In this document: in pieces, positions 11,173 through 27,300 of the stretch | Numbering within the stretch: the stretch's first letter is position 1 | Layout: each line of letters starts with the position of its first letter | NCBI GenBank assembly: GCA_964016885.1 | Contig: OZ024740.1 | Location: 382,292,001-382,356,000, forward strand | DNA: 64,000 bases | DNA from: Eledone cirrhosa | Taxonomy: Eukaryota | Reading direction: 5' to 3' | Notes under the pieces: generated by a model | Told to the model about the DNA's origin: nothing | The model's database searches: none | Seen by the model: the letters and a program-made list of their open reading frames with translations, nothing else | Position numbers and translations under genes: made by a program

Positions 11173-12859
11173 CATGCATATATATATATGTGTGTGTGTG
11201 TGTGTGTTGTTTTCACTGTATATGGTCATGAAATACAGACGTTAAATTTATATCCATTTACGAATGTCAGTAGTACGTAGCAATTCTCAGTTTCTCTTTC
11301 AAAGCTTTGCATTATATAATAATTTATTTTACCTTTGTCGTTAGTTGGCAGTGCTAAACAAGCAAATCTACTCGACAATTGAGCACATGGCTGCATATTA
11401 TACGACTTTGCTTTAAATAGTTTTGTTGGAGACGGTTAAATGTTGCGGTTACCTGTCTATTCCGCAGTATATTTTCCCCTTCTTTCTGTATGTATATTTA
11501 GTCTTTCTTATTTGATAAACTATCGTTGTAATACAAGTTGTATAAATAGTCAATGAATAATATAGTAGATATTCTTACATTTCTCGTATATTTCATTACA
11601 ACTAACTGCTTTAGTTAAAAGTGAGTTTGTGAAGATTTGCTAATTTACAAATTAATCTATTATTTTATACTAAATTTGTTCGCATCTGCTACTTTTCAAT
11701 ATCAGGAGTATTCATTTCATAGGAATTAGCAATACCAGGGATTGGGGCATGTTACCAGCTGTATTTGAAAGCAAATGTTCTAAGGAGATAAAAATGAATA
11801 TCTACATGGTTGAGTAACCTGTTAGAAATAACAGCAAAATATATCTCCTCTTATGTTACACTTGCCACTTAAAATGTTATTATATATTGGATAATGCAGT
11901 TGTAGATAATCTGAAGAATATTATATATGTGCTCGACCAGAATTGAGGGTAATCAACAACAATATTGTTCCCACAAGAAATTTAAATGCCAAGAGTTTGA
12001 ACTTACATATGGCAACAGATCGTGATTTGCTTTCGAAAACAGATGGCTTCAGTAAAATGATGAAATCGTAATTTCAATTAGATCTTTCATTGAAGGTGAT
12101 TACTACATTTCAAACCCGCTAGTGGGCGGCACGCTTTCCCAGATGATTTATTTGAATTTCCATTTTTGCAGTATTTTTATTCAATGCTTAGTCACGAAGT
12201 CAATTGGAATAGAAAAGTTATCATAAATTCTAAATGTATACTCATATTTCTTTACTAAGTAATCAGAGTGTACAACAACAAACAAAACTATTAGTTTATA
12301 TTCGCTTTATCTCATGTGTATGTCTTTACTTACATACCGATTTTCATTTCCACTGTTTGAACACGTTTATCTCTATTGATTTTTTCCCAAGAATTGGGTT
12401 GTGTCTTCTTCCGGTAATCCAGGATCTCGTGAAACTATTTACATTCAGCATATTACATTGTTGTATCTCGCATTTTTCGAGAACTATAATGTTCTTTATA
12501 GTATTGTATTACAATATGTTTCATTGATTTAGAGTTGTTATGATGTATCATTGTTTGTATGGCTGTATTTTATTATTGATATTTTCTCATAAAATACAAT
12601 TGGTGTTGCATATATAGATAAGATCTGAATTTTCTTTTTTCATACTGGGATCTCATAGATTAATGTTTTATTTTATTTTGACCGAGACCGATATATATCA
12701 GAAATGTTCTAATATAGAAAAACAAGCTTATAAGTTTATTGTAAATTGATAGACTAAATTTTACACTACATTTTACACAAGCATGTACACATATTCAGCT
12801 GTACATAATACACTCATAACCTACACGACATTATATATATATATATATATATACATATA

Positions 12860-13741
<882 letters not shown>

Positions 13742-13799
13742 CTATAATATTATAATATTAGATCAAATTGTTTAAAACTACAAGTGAAGTCATTCTTTT

Positions 13800-14787
13800 A
13801 ATTTTTTCAAATATATATATATGAAATTTTTTATAGGTTTTGGTCAGTATTGGCCCAGGCCCTGTCTAACTTAATAGCACCACATGGCGAAGTCTTTCGA
13901 ATCCGGATTTTGACACCATGGCCCACTGAAGAAGAGAGTTATTGTTTTCGGAGACATATGTGCGTGTAGGAGGTTTATCCGGGATTTCTTGAAGGAATTT
14001 GTCCAAAGACTTCTTGAACTTTATGGGGTCTGTTTCTGTTTTGATATGTTTTGCTGTAATGTTGAATAGAATTGAGCTGAAATAATTGTGCTGAATTGTT
14101 GTTATGAGATTTTCGTCGTGGGCGGATAGCACAGGCCCCAAGCCTTGGGTGTAGTTTAAAGGTGATTCCAAAACTATTTGGGCAATACTGATGGAATATT
14201 TGCCACATCATGCAGATAATGTAGCGTTCATGGCGGCGACTGAGAGAATAAATGTTGTGCTTTTGTAGTCGAAGCCAATAGTCAAAGTCTGACATGCCAT
14301 CTATCTTTTTCGTGATTGACCTTTGAGGAGCTTCAATTCTTTATGACACTTTGTTTCGTGTGTCCAGAGTGGACAAAAATATTCAAGGTGTGGTCGGGCA
14401 AAATGGAGAAGAGAAGAGTAATAGTGTTGATATTTCTCGACTTGAAGGTTCTGAGAATCCAGGTACACATTCTGTGTGTCATGTCAACTTTTCTGTTTAT
14501 ATGAATGGCCCAGCTTATGTTGTTGTCCACAATTCTTCCCACGTCTCTGATGTTGTTGGATACCACGAGAGTTTCACCAGAAGGAAGGGAGTATGAGAAT
14601 TTCAGGGCATCCTCTTTTCCAAAGTGGATTAACTCAAATTTATCCTCGATCAGCAGCATTATTTTCCGCCGATTGGATAACAGCCAGTAGGTCTGACTGA
14701 AGACATGACAGGTCACCCACTTCATTGATGACATTCTGGATCTTGGAAGCATCGCCAAAGATTCTTCTGTTACTGTGCTTGATGATA
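13800..14787 (-). pseudogene. CR1/L2-group LINE, degenerate 3' fragment (RT C-terminus)
   Basis: Frameshifted peptides [36 protein letters not shown]....YSL.RR.ERY.I, FKKSLDKFL..IPD.P. Confidence 0.8.
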
Positions 14788-14788
14788 C

Positions 14789-14804
14789 ATACACACACAC
14801 ACAC

Positions 14805-14873
<69 letters not shown>

Positions 14874-15021
14874 GAGAGAGAGAGATAGATAGATAGATAG
14901 ATATGTATATATATATATATATATACACGTATGTATCTATGTATATATATATATGTATACACACACACACACACTGATATATATAGAGAGAGATAGATAG
15001 ATAGATATGTATATATATATA

Positions 15022-15064
<43 letters not shown>

Positions 15065-15156
15065 TATGTATCTATGTATATATATATATATATATGAATG
15101 TATGTATGCATATATATATATATGTGTACGTATGTATGTATGTATCTATATATATG

Positions 15157-15187
<31 letters not shown>

Positions 15188-15244
15188 TTATATATATATA
15201 TATGTATGTATATATATTTATATATATATATATGTATGAATATA

Positions 15245-15343
<99 letters not shown>

Positions 15344-15422
15344 ATGTATGTATATATTTATATGTATGTAGGTATGTATATATTTATATGTATGAATGTA
15401 TGTATATATTTATATGTATGTA

Positions 15423-15470
<48 letters not shown>
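14789..15470. repeat. Compound (CA)n/(TA)n/(GATA)/(TATG) microsatellite
   Basis: Direct reading. Confidence 0.95.
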
Positions 15471-15471
<1 letters not shown>

Positions 15472-15608
15472 TTGGGGAGGGTCATATTGTTGTAATAATA
15501 TTGCCAGAAATAATAGCAGAGCACACGCACTGTTTGGTTGATAAACGTTGATTGGCAAATAAATTAACAATGGAGATATAAAAGATACAGAAGCGAAAAC
15601 CAACCAAA
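15471..15608. mobile_element. pLTR fragment of the 41.4-43.4 kb PLE family, interrupted by a SINE
   Basis: CTTGGGGAGGGTCATAT...CACTGTTTGGTTG and GATATAAAAGA...GAAGCGAAAACCAACCAAA match the arms at 41424-41490 and 43320-43357. Confidence 0.65.
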
Positions 15609-15780
15609 ATCGGTAGAGGGTCTGACGCCATGTTTTGCACCAAAGAGTTACGTCCTTTTATGGTCTGAGTTCAAATCCCGCCGAGGTTGACGTTGCATTT
15701 CATCCTTACGCGGTCGATAAAATAAAGTACCAGTAATGTAGTGGTGAATTGCTGGCCTTGTGCCAATAGTAGAAACAATC
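15609..15780 (+). mobile_element. tRNA-derived SINE (family 1)
   Basis: B-box GAGTTCAAATCC followed by CGCCGAGGTTGAC...CATCCTT..GGTCGATAAAATAAAGTACCAG...AGAAACAAT. Other copies at 21157, 22070 and 49605. Confidence 0.8.
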
Positions 15781-15800
15781 GTATATGTATGTATGTATCT

Positions 15801-15887
<87 letters not shown>

Positions 15888-15888
<1 letters not shown>

Positions 15889-16089
15889 CGAAGGAAATGT
15901 GGTAAGGAACCAGGTGGACCATAACGCACCAAAGTACTCAATACTTGAGGTAGTAGAGTGGGTAATAGGAACCAGTAAGACCCCGACAGCTGAGCTCAAG
16001 CCGTTTCGACGGCTAATTCTGGACGAGAATTAGCCGTCGAAATTAGCCGTCGAAACGGCTTGAGCTCAGCTGTCGGGGTCTTACTGGTT

Positions 16090-16093
<4 letters not shown>
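15888..16093. repeat. Short hairpin insertion in (TA)n
   Basis: 15966-16020 is inverted against 16027-16093, with a short AATTAGCCGTCGA duplication next to the apex. Confidence 0.7.
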
Positions 16094-16155
<62 letters not shown>

Positions 16156-16447
16156 GATATATATTTACATATATACATGTGTGTGAGTATGTATGTGTGC
16201 ATTGTAGTGCGTGCGCACCTGTTTCCCTTTTACACCTGACGGTGAAATGTAGATACATGTATTACATTAATCCATTGAATACTAGTTATCTCCCTAATAA
16301 TTATAACCTGTCGATCATACATACGGATATTCTATAGTACACTTTACACGCCGCCACTCACACATACATTTATGCAATTGTGTGTATCGGTTGCGTGTAA
16401 GGCCGTAGTGACAGAATTTATTGTCTGGATCTATACACACACACATA

Positions 16448-16504
<57 letters not shown>

Positions 16505-17867
16505 GTGTGTATGTGTGTATGTCTGTATTAAATGTGTCGATGTGTGTATGTGCGTGTGTATCTCCAACCAATAAGTGGTTTGTCTACAGCCTTATGATTA
16601 TATATACACTGATCACACACAGAGAGCAAGAGATTACATATGTACACATTTATACCATTTCGGGATATGAACGAAACGCAGATGTATTCAGTCGCATACA
16701 ATGACCCATGATCAAGGGTAATTTTATTCACTAACTCACATGCACAATGAAATTTACTTCCACTCCCAATAGCTCTCCCCCATACACAAAATATAATAGA
16801 TATTTGGAAACGTAGATAGCAACATATGAATACACATATACACACATACAACTTACACTTGTTTATATACAGAAGGATATAACTCATATTCTCTAACAAA
16901 CTGTAGTTGAAATAAGTTTACAAGATGGCAAAAAAATAATGTAAAACAAAATAATTACACAATCTAAACAGATATAAAATAAGTATAATATATCGACAAC
17001 ATGCACAAAAGCCAAAATACCCTGAATGATTTTCAGAACAAATCATCTAGAAGAGCTTAAATACTGTCATAGTACAACACGCCAATCCATATACAAGTCA
17101 GCCATATTATATCAAATAAGATGCTAGTAGCAAGTCTTATTACGGTAACGAATGAAAATACAGCATCAGAACAAAATCAATAATTTTACACTGTTATTTT
17201 GGCAATTATCTCAACTCTGACATTTCCTAGCATAAACTGCAGATGTTCAGCAAGATCAATTAAAGTATGAACTAGTAAACATTGATTTCACTTCGGCCGC
17301 ACTATCCTATTGACCCAGCCTTTGACGTACTTACTATCTTCCGTATTAGTGATGCTTTCTTTTTCCTGTTTACTTCTATCTTTCTATTTTTATTTTTCTC
17401 TTAAAGGGTTTTCCCCTAAATACTTCTCTCATTTGGTTTTCTTTACTTTCATTATTTTTTTAGATTATGCGTGTCTTATGTGTTTCTTCTGACGTTTTAC
17501 TTCCTAACTTATCTCATAGTAATTGGTGCATTCGGGTTTTTTCCTTTTCTATTTGTTTTTCTTTGACTCGTTTCGCGTATCATTTTCGTTGTTTCACTCG
17601 ATCCTCTCTTGTCCTTACTGTTACCTTACTTTACTTTTCCTTGTTATTCTTTAAACGTCTTGATTCTGAAACATGTTCTGTCATTTACACATTTGGCTGA
17701 TGTATTTCACCGTCTAACACCTTACAAACAAGTAAAAAAATTGCACAGGGTTATCGAAAGAAGGATAAAAGAACCGTCATGCTTTTTCATTGCAGAATTG
17801 TCAGTTTAATGTTCAGGTATCACATATTTACCCGTGTAAATATTAATTCTAAGGGTTAGGATTCTAA

Positions 17868-18058
17868 GGCCTCAGATTCACTAATGTCTCCATCTGATTT
17901 AGATGTTTACATTTTTTATAATATTGATTATATTATATTCATCGTATTAATCCCCTACAGAATATCACACACGGCACAAACATGGTACATATACATTTTG
18001 GATAAATATTCCATTGACATACTTACTGACATACATACATACATACACACACAGGCAC

Positions 18059-18091
<33 letters not shown>

Positions 18092-18106
18092 ATATATATA
18101 TATATA

Positions 18107-18176
<70 letters not shown>

Positions 18177-18385
18177 TATATATATATATATAGTGCCTGT
18201 GTGTGTATGTATGTATGTATGTCAGTAAGTATGTCAATGGAATATTTATCCAAAATGTATATGTCCCATGTTTGTGCCGTGTGTGATATTCTGTAGGGGA
18301 TTAATACGATGAATATAATATAATCAATATTATAAAAAATGTAAATATCTAAATCAGATGGAGACATTAGTGAATCTTAGGCCTA
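17868..18385. repeat. Inverted duplication of about 190 bp of left flank, mirrored across a (TA)/(TG)/(CA) tract
   Basis: 17868-18060 vs 18191-18385 with a few substitutions. The left arm is continuous with unique sequence and the right arm ends in (TA)n. Confidence 0.85.
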
Positions 18386-18559
18386 TATATATATATATAT
18401 ATGTATATGTTTGTGTGTGTGTGTATATATATATGTGTGTGTGTGTGTGTATATATATGTGTATGCATGCATATATATATATATATATATATGTATGTAT
18501 ATATATATGTAAGTATGTATATAAATATATATATATATGTATGTATATATGTATGTATG

Positions 18560-18590
<31 letters not shown>

Positions 18591-18625
18591 GTTGATATAT
18601 ATGTTGATATATGTATATATATGTT

Positions 18626-18780
18626 GATTTAAAACTGCACTATCCACAAGTGTTTTTAACCTTCATATCATGTCTTCCTATTTTATCTGATGAAAACACA
18701 AATGTTATTGCATGATGATATTTGTTTTCGAAATGCGCATAATAAAATACATGGAACTCTTTTAACCATCTTTTGATCTT
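18626..18780 (+). mobile_element. Solo pLTR with hammerhead (family of the 24.35-27.42 kb PLE)
   Basis: HHR at 18679-18749: TATTTTAT-CTGATGA-...-GAAA-TGCGCA-TA-ATAAAATA. Diverged reverse complement of 24350-24500 with the same TTTTGATCTT|(TA)n end. Confidence 0.8.
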
Positions 18781-18925
18781 ATATATATATGTATATATGT
18801 ATGTATATATATATGTATATATGTATGTATATATATATATATGTATATATGTATATATATATATATCTAAATATATATCTATGTATATATATATATATGT
18901 ATATACATATGTATGTATATATATG

Positions 18926-18962
<37 letters not shown>

Positions 18963-19029
18963 GTATATATATGTATATATATGTATATATATATATATGT
19001 ATGTATATATATGTATATATATATGTATG

Positions 19030-19062
<33 letters not shown>

Positions 19063-19111
19063 GGATGTATGTATATATATATGTATGCATGTATATATAT
19101 ATGTATATATG

Positions 19112-19185
<74 letters not shown>

Positions 19186-19188
19186 TAT

Positions 19189-19225
<37 letters not shown>

Positions 19226-19230
19226 CGCTG

Positions 19231-19277
<47 letters not shown>
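18781..19277. repeat. (TA)n/(TATG) microsatellite
   Basis: Direct reading. Confidence 0.95.
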
Positions 19278-19279
<2 letters not shown>

Positions 19280-19775
19280 TTATACTTTGGGAGGGTCATG
19301 TTGCCAATAAGAAACACACGCACCAGCTACTTTCACTTCAATTTTTATAATAAATTTATAAATTTAGGAATTTACAAATTTCCGGTTGGTTGGTTCCACA
19401 ACCAGATGATTGTTTATATATTGTCAAAGTTCTTTCGTCACACATTATGTCACCTCTTCAGTGACTGGGGATTCTTTTCTTTGATTTTGTGCCTCTCCTT
19501 TGTTCTGTCCTACGCCATCTTGTTTTTGTGTGTCGCCCAATAAAATATACAGATAAAATATATAAATTGATGTCTGACATACCTCAAGACTGGAATTACT
19601 GCCAAGACTGGAATTGAACCATCAGCACAGTTGAGGTATGTCACACATCAATTTATATATTTTATCTGATGAGGACATACTGAAAAAACACCACAGTACC
19701 TCCGAAATATATATAATAAAATATATTTTGATTACGTTGAATGTCTATATTTATTAATATTTTGAATTAATATTA
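19278..19775. mobile_element. Adjacent pLTR fragments (12.9 kb family and 9.1/31 kb family) with hammerhead
   Basis: 19278-19465 resembles 13285-13439. Inverted repeat 19550-19587 vs 19631-19668. HHR at 19655-19726 (+): CTGATGA...GAAA-TATATA-TA-ATAAAATA. Confidence 0.7.
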
Positions 19776-21156
19776 TATATATATATATATATATATCACA
19801 TTGTATACAGACACAATTATCCGGCTCACTTAATTTTTCATTCTTCCTTAATATCACCAGCCATTCAACATACCCATACATAACTCCAATCTGTTTACAA
19901 ATACACTAAACATTTGAATTAATATTGATTCCTAACCTACATAGAAGAGACTGCAACGACTGGGGGATGGTAAATTCGATTAAATTGACCTTAGTATTTG
20001 ACCGATACATTTTTTTTTATCGACCATTAAAAATATGAAATACAAAATCAATCCTGGCTGCATTTAAATTCTGAATGTAAAAGGATGCGAATAACCGTTT
20101 ATCTCATCCTTCATTCAAAGGTCATTAAGCCACAGAGTTTTTTTTTTGTTTGGTAGCTCTTGCTGCTAGAAATGAGAGCTGAATCTAACTCAAACGCACA
20201 ATATTTTAATTGAAGGAAGAATACATTGGATAGTGTTGTTTTTAGAGATATATTGGCTGAAGCACCAATGTATGATCCTGCTTGGAACATAGATCTAGTG
20301 GCTCGGATTTCACGTGAAGCTTAAACAGGAATTAATATTGGCAGAGAGAATTATTGTTTTTTTTTGTTCAAATCGTGTGTGTCGACATTACGCTTCATAC
20401 GATTGATAAAACAATTATCGATCAACTATTGAAGCCAATACAATCGCCAGTAATGTCTCCCAATATGTGTAGCCTTGTATCTGTGGTAGATATCATTATT
20501 AATTATAATTTTACAAGGATTACATGCGATTGTAAACCAATATATCTGAAGTTAATGCAAATTTTAAAATGAGTTTTAGAACATAAGCATGTTTATGTGT
20601 GAATGAATACAATGGCATCTGAAATCAAATGAGCAACGGAAAAAATACTTCGGAAATGATATAATATTAACATGGGCGGCATATATTAGATTAACTAATC
20701 TATGAAACCTTAATTATAATTTATTGCTGTTTGATAAGCTCTAAAATTTGTTTCTTAGGTGTGTGAAGCAGAAACAGCCCATCGTTCATTACTGACGCCC
20801 TTTTCATATTTATTATCATGTGTCACGATGTGTGGTATTAGGTCTTATGTCTACACTCATTTGACACCCGTCTTCATGTTGCATCTTCTTAGAGAAAAAA
20901 AAGAGAACATTTTGAGAGAATAAAGCCATTGTTGATGAACAACGAACGCTATTAATACGATATCATACTTTATGAATAATGCAAACAATTCATTCAGTGC
21001 GATTCGGTTGAAAAATACGAGAAATAAGATTTATGTGGCTGAAAATTTGAGGATTGAAAGCTGTTACAAATTCACGATTCACCTTAGATTTATTTTTCTA
21101 TTGCTCCATTTGAAACTAGTCATATGTAATAGAGATTGTTCAAACAGTTGAACAAT

Positions 21157-21310
21157 TATTGTTTCTACTTTTGGCACAAGGCCAGCAATTATCGCAGTGC
21201 ATTACTGGTACTTTATTTTATCGACCCCGTAAGGATGAAAGGCAAAGTTAACCTTGGCGGGATTTGAACGCAGACCATAAAGGGCCGTAACTCTTTGCTG
21301 CAAAGCATAG
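21157..21310 (-). mobile_element. tRNA-derived SINE (family 1)
   Basis: Reverse complement of the 15609 and 49605 copies. Confidence 0.8.
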
Positions 21311-21481
21311 TTGAATATCATGAGGAACACGAGATGTATATTGCCTAGGTTAGAATCTTTCTATGGAAATAAATGGAAAAAAGAAACGTTTTTTTCCTGT
21401 GGTTACATTATCGAATGTGTTCTTAAGATAGCAGAAAGTCTGTTGTAAGACATTTGAGTGTTATTCTAGCTGATCGTGTAT

Positions 21482-21513
<32 letters not shown>

Positions 21514-22069
21514 CGACTACTACTACTACTACTACTACTACTACAACTACTATTACTAGTAGTAGTAGTAGGACTAAAGAAAATGTCCATAGCTGTCAGT
21601 AGTATCTAAACAACCCAAAAGGTTATGACTAGTCTTGTACTCTTGTCCACTGAATAGCTTGGCATAAGACAGTTACTAATCTACGGTGAGGAAGATAGAA
21701 GAAGCATAATTCCAGCAAAACAAAATTTATTTCTGCGAGGATTACAATTGTTATATTACTCCATTGCAGTTTAGATTGTGACCCCCCTTCATAGATAGTA
21801 AACCATTCTTTGTTACGATGTTAAGTTTAGCCCTATCCACCATTGATATTGTCTGTGGCTTCACACTTCTTCTTCTTCTTCTTCTTCTTCTTCTCCTTGT
21901 GGCAGCAGTAGCTGCGGTTGTGGTAGCGGTGGTGATTATGGAGTGGTGTTGGTATTTGTGGTACTAGTCACATTAGTATTGTAGAGGTAATAGTCGTAGT
22001 ATTTGTATTAATTGTTATGGTAGTATTAGTAGTAGTGAAACTAGTAGTAGCAGTAGTAGTAGTAGTAAT

Positions 22070-22250
22070 AGTTGTTTCTACTTTAGGCACAAGGCCAGCA
22101 ATTAACCAGTACATTACTGGTACTTTATTTTATCGACCCCGTAAGGATGAAAGGAAAAGTCAACCTCGACGGGATTTGAACTCAGACCATAAAGAGACGT
22201 AACTATGGTGGAAAGCATGGCGTCCGACCCTCTACCGATACTGCCAATTC
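22070..22250 (-). mobile_element. tRNA-derived SINE (family 1) within (TAG)n
   Basis: Includes the A-box-like TGGCAGTATCGGTAGAG and the B-box on (-). Confidence 0.85.
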
Positions 22251-22609
22251 TAGTAGTAATAGTGGCAGGGAGGTAGTAGTGAAACTAGTAGTAGTAGTAG
22301 TAGTAGTAGTTACAGGGAGGTAGTAGTGAAACTAGTAGTATTCCTGTTAATGGTTACTATGGATGTATTATGTGTAGTAGAGGCAGCAGCAGTAATATTA
22401 GGGATGGTAATTTGTTTCTGATTTTACATTTCTTGTTTCTGTTTTTCTCTTTCTTTGTCGTTCCTATTTATCGTGTAGGTGGTTGGGCTAAGAATGGTGT
22501 CACTATGGCGTTGGTACTGGTAGTAATGATAGAGATCATAGTCATTCTATTTGTTTTATTTATTTTTAGTCTAATAATTCCTTACACATGTTTCAATGAG
22601 TTGAAACGA

Positions 22610-22875
<266 letters not shown>

Positions 22876-23791
22876 CGTGTATGTACAAATATACATATAC
22901 CCACCCACACGTATAGATCCGACGTCCAGAACTCGTTTGTACCTAAAAGCGGAGGGCAGAATCTTTCTGATATCATCACTATTCCCTTTCACTGACTTTT
23001 CTCAAACTAACAAACTAAGAACTATTATGGTGATTTTCGTTGCTAAGCATAATTTTGGCGTTCATCGTGTAGTTTTCTACGTCGTTGATGATGTTCCTGC
23101 CATTTTTAATGATAATTAGCAAATAATATTGAAATCTATTTTTCGTTACTACTTCACACATGGTACATTCAATTTTGTGCTAGAAGGTGCTTTTATATTT
23201 ATTTGTTTTGTTTTTTTTTGCTTATCTTATAATCTTTAGGGAATTAAGAAGCTCCATGTTCCCAGAAACCTTGTCCTTGGGACTCAGAATTCGAAAATCA
23301 AATTTGCTTTTCACTCAACGCACAGTTCGATTCCTTTCAGTGACATACAAAAATGCACAGACTCGTTCTCAAATATTTAGTAAATATAATTCATTTGTGA
23401 GATATAATTAAAAGTACACAGTACATATTATTTGAGGATTGCTCCTCAAAATTCTTATGAAAAGGAGAACCATTTCTCCTTTTAAGTCATAAATAGTGTT
23501 AACAAAATATATTTACATTTATTTTCAATTGAACAGGTGAAGTAATTCAGAGTAAAAAAAAAACGGTTTTTCAGTTAAGACCACAGGGAAAACTAATTAT
23601 GTGTAAACGAGTTCACTTTAGTTTTCTTTTGGGGAAATAGCATAAAATATGTCAAATATCTAATTTGTATTTACACGTTTAACTCATTCTCTTAGTCTCT
23701 CTACTCTTGCCTACCCCCCCCTCTCTCTCTCTCTCACGCTCTCTTATACATGTGTATATATGTATATATATATATACATATATATATATAC

Positions 23792-23898
<107 letters not shown>

Positions 23899-23920
23899 TA
23901 TACATGTATAAATATATATA

Positions 23921-23989
<69 letters not shown>

Positions 23990-24204
23990 AAATATATATA
24001 TATATCAAGTAACGTCAATACACATCTTTTTCCATTTCTCCGAGAGTTCTTATCAGACTAAATAATTTCTTTAATTTCTTTAGTCAAAATACGGCGATAG
24101 CTTACATTTCTAATAATTATATATATATATATACATGTATGAATATATATATATATATATATACGTATATTTATATATATCTTCATAAATACATGTATTT
24201 ATAC

Positions 24205-24337
<133 letters not shown>

Positions 24338-24349
24338 CATATATAATAT

Positions 24350-27300
24350 AAGATCAAAAGATGGTTGAAAGTTCCATGTATTTTATCATGCGCATTTCAA
24401 AAACAAATATCATCATGGGATGATATGTGCGTTCTCATCAGATAAAATAGGGAGACATGATATGAAGCTTAAAAAACACTTGCGAGCAGTGAAGTGTTAA
24501 ATCACCATATGAAAAATAAAGTAAGATGGATATATGAGATTGGGAAATGAAGGAGGAGTGAGGAAGGAAAATGTAAGAAAGTGGAAGAAAGAAAATAAAG
24601 GATGACGGGCGAGGAGTTTAAGAAGGAAGGATAAGAGAGGAGTAGAAATGGGTGAGCCTTTAATACTGAGAAACACTTTCTCACAGAGAAAATAAAAAAA
24701 AACCGTTGTAAGATAATACATAATTTTAAAAAAATTTGAAATTAAAAGTTAATGAGGTTTATGAATGGTGATGTTTTTTTTATTAAAGAAAAAGGAATTA
24801 AGAATAGTATTTATTTAAGGTTTATATATTGAAGGGTTTAATAATATGTGCGAAAAGGAAAAATATTAAGGATATAAGGTGAATGAAGAAGAGATTAAAT
24901 GAATTATGAACTTAGAGGAATTAGATAGGGTTTAAGTTTGTTTTTATATATTGTAATATGAAAAAGTAAATAATAGGTTTAATACGAGCACGAAGGAGAG
25001 AAGAAAGAAGAAAATTTAAGGAGGAAAAAATATAACGTAAAAAATATATATATATATATATGTTTACAAAATTTACTAATGGTAATATTAGTATATATTA
25101 AAAATATAGTTTGTATGGCCAAGAATATAAGGAAAATGCTACAGTGAGCAATAATATGAATTAACAAGTAATTGAGAAGTAAAAGTTACAGATTAAAGAT
25201 TAGAAATTAAAAAAGAAAAATGGAAGAAAGGAAAAAAAGGATAAAAAAGAAGAAAAATAGGGGACCGCTAACGACATAGAATGAGTAAATTGTATAATAT
25301 AATATACTGAAATAAGCTAGAAAGATGGGTATATTTGTAAAAGATATAAAAGTGTTTGAGAAAAGAAGATTTTACTCTAATTAGGTATTGATATATTAGC
25401 TGTATACTTTATGGAAAGTTCTATGGGATTTAAGCAAGCAGAGCGAAAATAAATCCGTATAGAATTAAAATTAGAGATAATGATAAATTTCTCGGCTAGG
25501 CAGAGATTACATGATCTGGATAGGGAGGAATTTCGGTAAAGAGAGGCGTTGCAAACCTTCCTCCAAGAGATGTAGTTAATATTTTTGTCTTTTAATGACC
25601 ATATGAGAGTGCCGTGTTAGTTCTTTTGAGTTGGTATTTAAAAGACGAATTGTGATTATAAAATCTTTCTTTAAAGGAAGTGGAAGTGGAACCAAAATAG
25701 GTAAAATAATTAGTACCAGTTATAACCTTACATTCATACACTAAATTTTTATCAAGACATTGGTTATTAAGAGGACATTTAGTTCTAACAGGGCAATTAC
25801 AATTACGATTAGACAAATTACCAGAGTTATTAACAAGTGACCTAGTATTATTTATAGAAGGTATTGGATTGGAGAAGTTATTTACGATAGGTACTATGGT
25901 TTCCTGATTTAGATTGGTGTTATGAACATTCGACAAAATTACGTTTGACGTCGTATTTAAATTTACTGAATCTAGCCTAGAGTTAACATTGACGTCGGGT
26001 TTACTTTTGCTATTATTATGACGCTCAGTGTTGGATGGATATAATTTATTATTTAATATTTTATTATTATGTTTAGAGATAATGTTAGAGATGTTGGAAG
26101 TGGTGGAATAAGAGAATTTGATTGTATGTTTGTTAAAGATCTTACTATAGATATGCGAGGGAGGGAAGCATTTATCTAAGACCCTAAAAAATAGCTTAGG
26201 AATATTACTAGTAACAGATAGAGAAAAAGGAGCGTTGTACCAAATCATATTTTTGTATCTAGGTCTTTTATTTAAGTTAGTGGAATGTTCATAACTAACT
26301 ATTTTACTATAAGTCCTTCGATGATTGGTTTCTCTACTGTATTTAATTTTATCAGAATAACCGGCTTTGGAAAGCGCATTATTATAATAATTAGCATTAG
26401 CGTCGAAGATAAATTTATTAGAGGATAGATTTGAGATTATTTTTTCAACATTACTGACTATAGCATTTTAAACGTTAATTGGGTGGTTAGAGTTAACATT
26501 AACATAATTTAGATCCTCATTGCTTTTATGGTAAGGGTAATATAGGCCGGTGTCAAGATTAAGGGATATATCCAGGAAGTTAGCTAGTTTGACGTTGTTT
26601 TCAAATCCAATTTTTAGATTATGGTGCTTAAATAGATCAAGTATATTATTCTTAATAATATTAAGGTTAACTAAGTTACAGTTTAAGAGAGTAAAAAGGG
26701 CATCGTCACGATAAATTCCACCGCGAAGTTGAGGAATTTTCCGATTTAAAGAATTCAAAATAAAGATACCAATCCAGTCCGTGAAGTGCGCTATCCAACG
26801 AATCCATTGTGATATCAAAATTGTTGGAAGTATCAGTTCTAGTCCAACATTCGTTGTTGAATTCCAGGATAGTTTTTCTTGCGGTGAGAATGATGGAAAA
26901 TTCATTTGTGGTAATGTCAGAATATTTAAATACGAAAGATAGAGCGTTGTTGAGGAGTGAAGGCGCAATAGAAGAATAGTAACTGAATACATTTTTTTTG
27001 TTTTTATTATTCAGGTCATTGAACCATTTAATTACATCAGATGTACCAATCCATATATTTAAGTTAGAAATAGAGCAATTAGAATGAACCTGTGGGATAA
27101 TTCCATCCAAGATGGATTTACTAACAACCCCCAGATCTGATTTAGAGGGTGCGATTAGTCTAACAGGCAGTACCGTTCGAAAGTTATTTTTATGATCCTT
27201 AAGATTTATCCTCGGAGTTCTCGGGAAGAATGGTTCGGGCTTTTTCTCGATGCCAAGTTTAGACATAATCTCAGAAGCTTCCAAGTTTATAGATTCCAAA

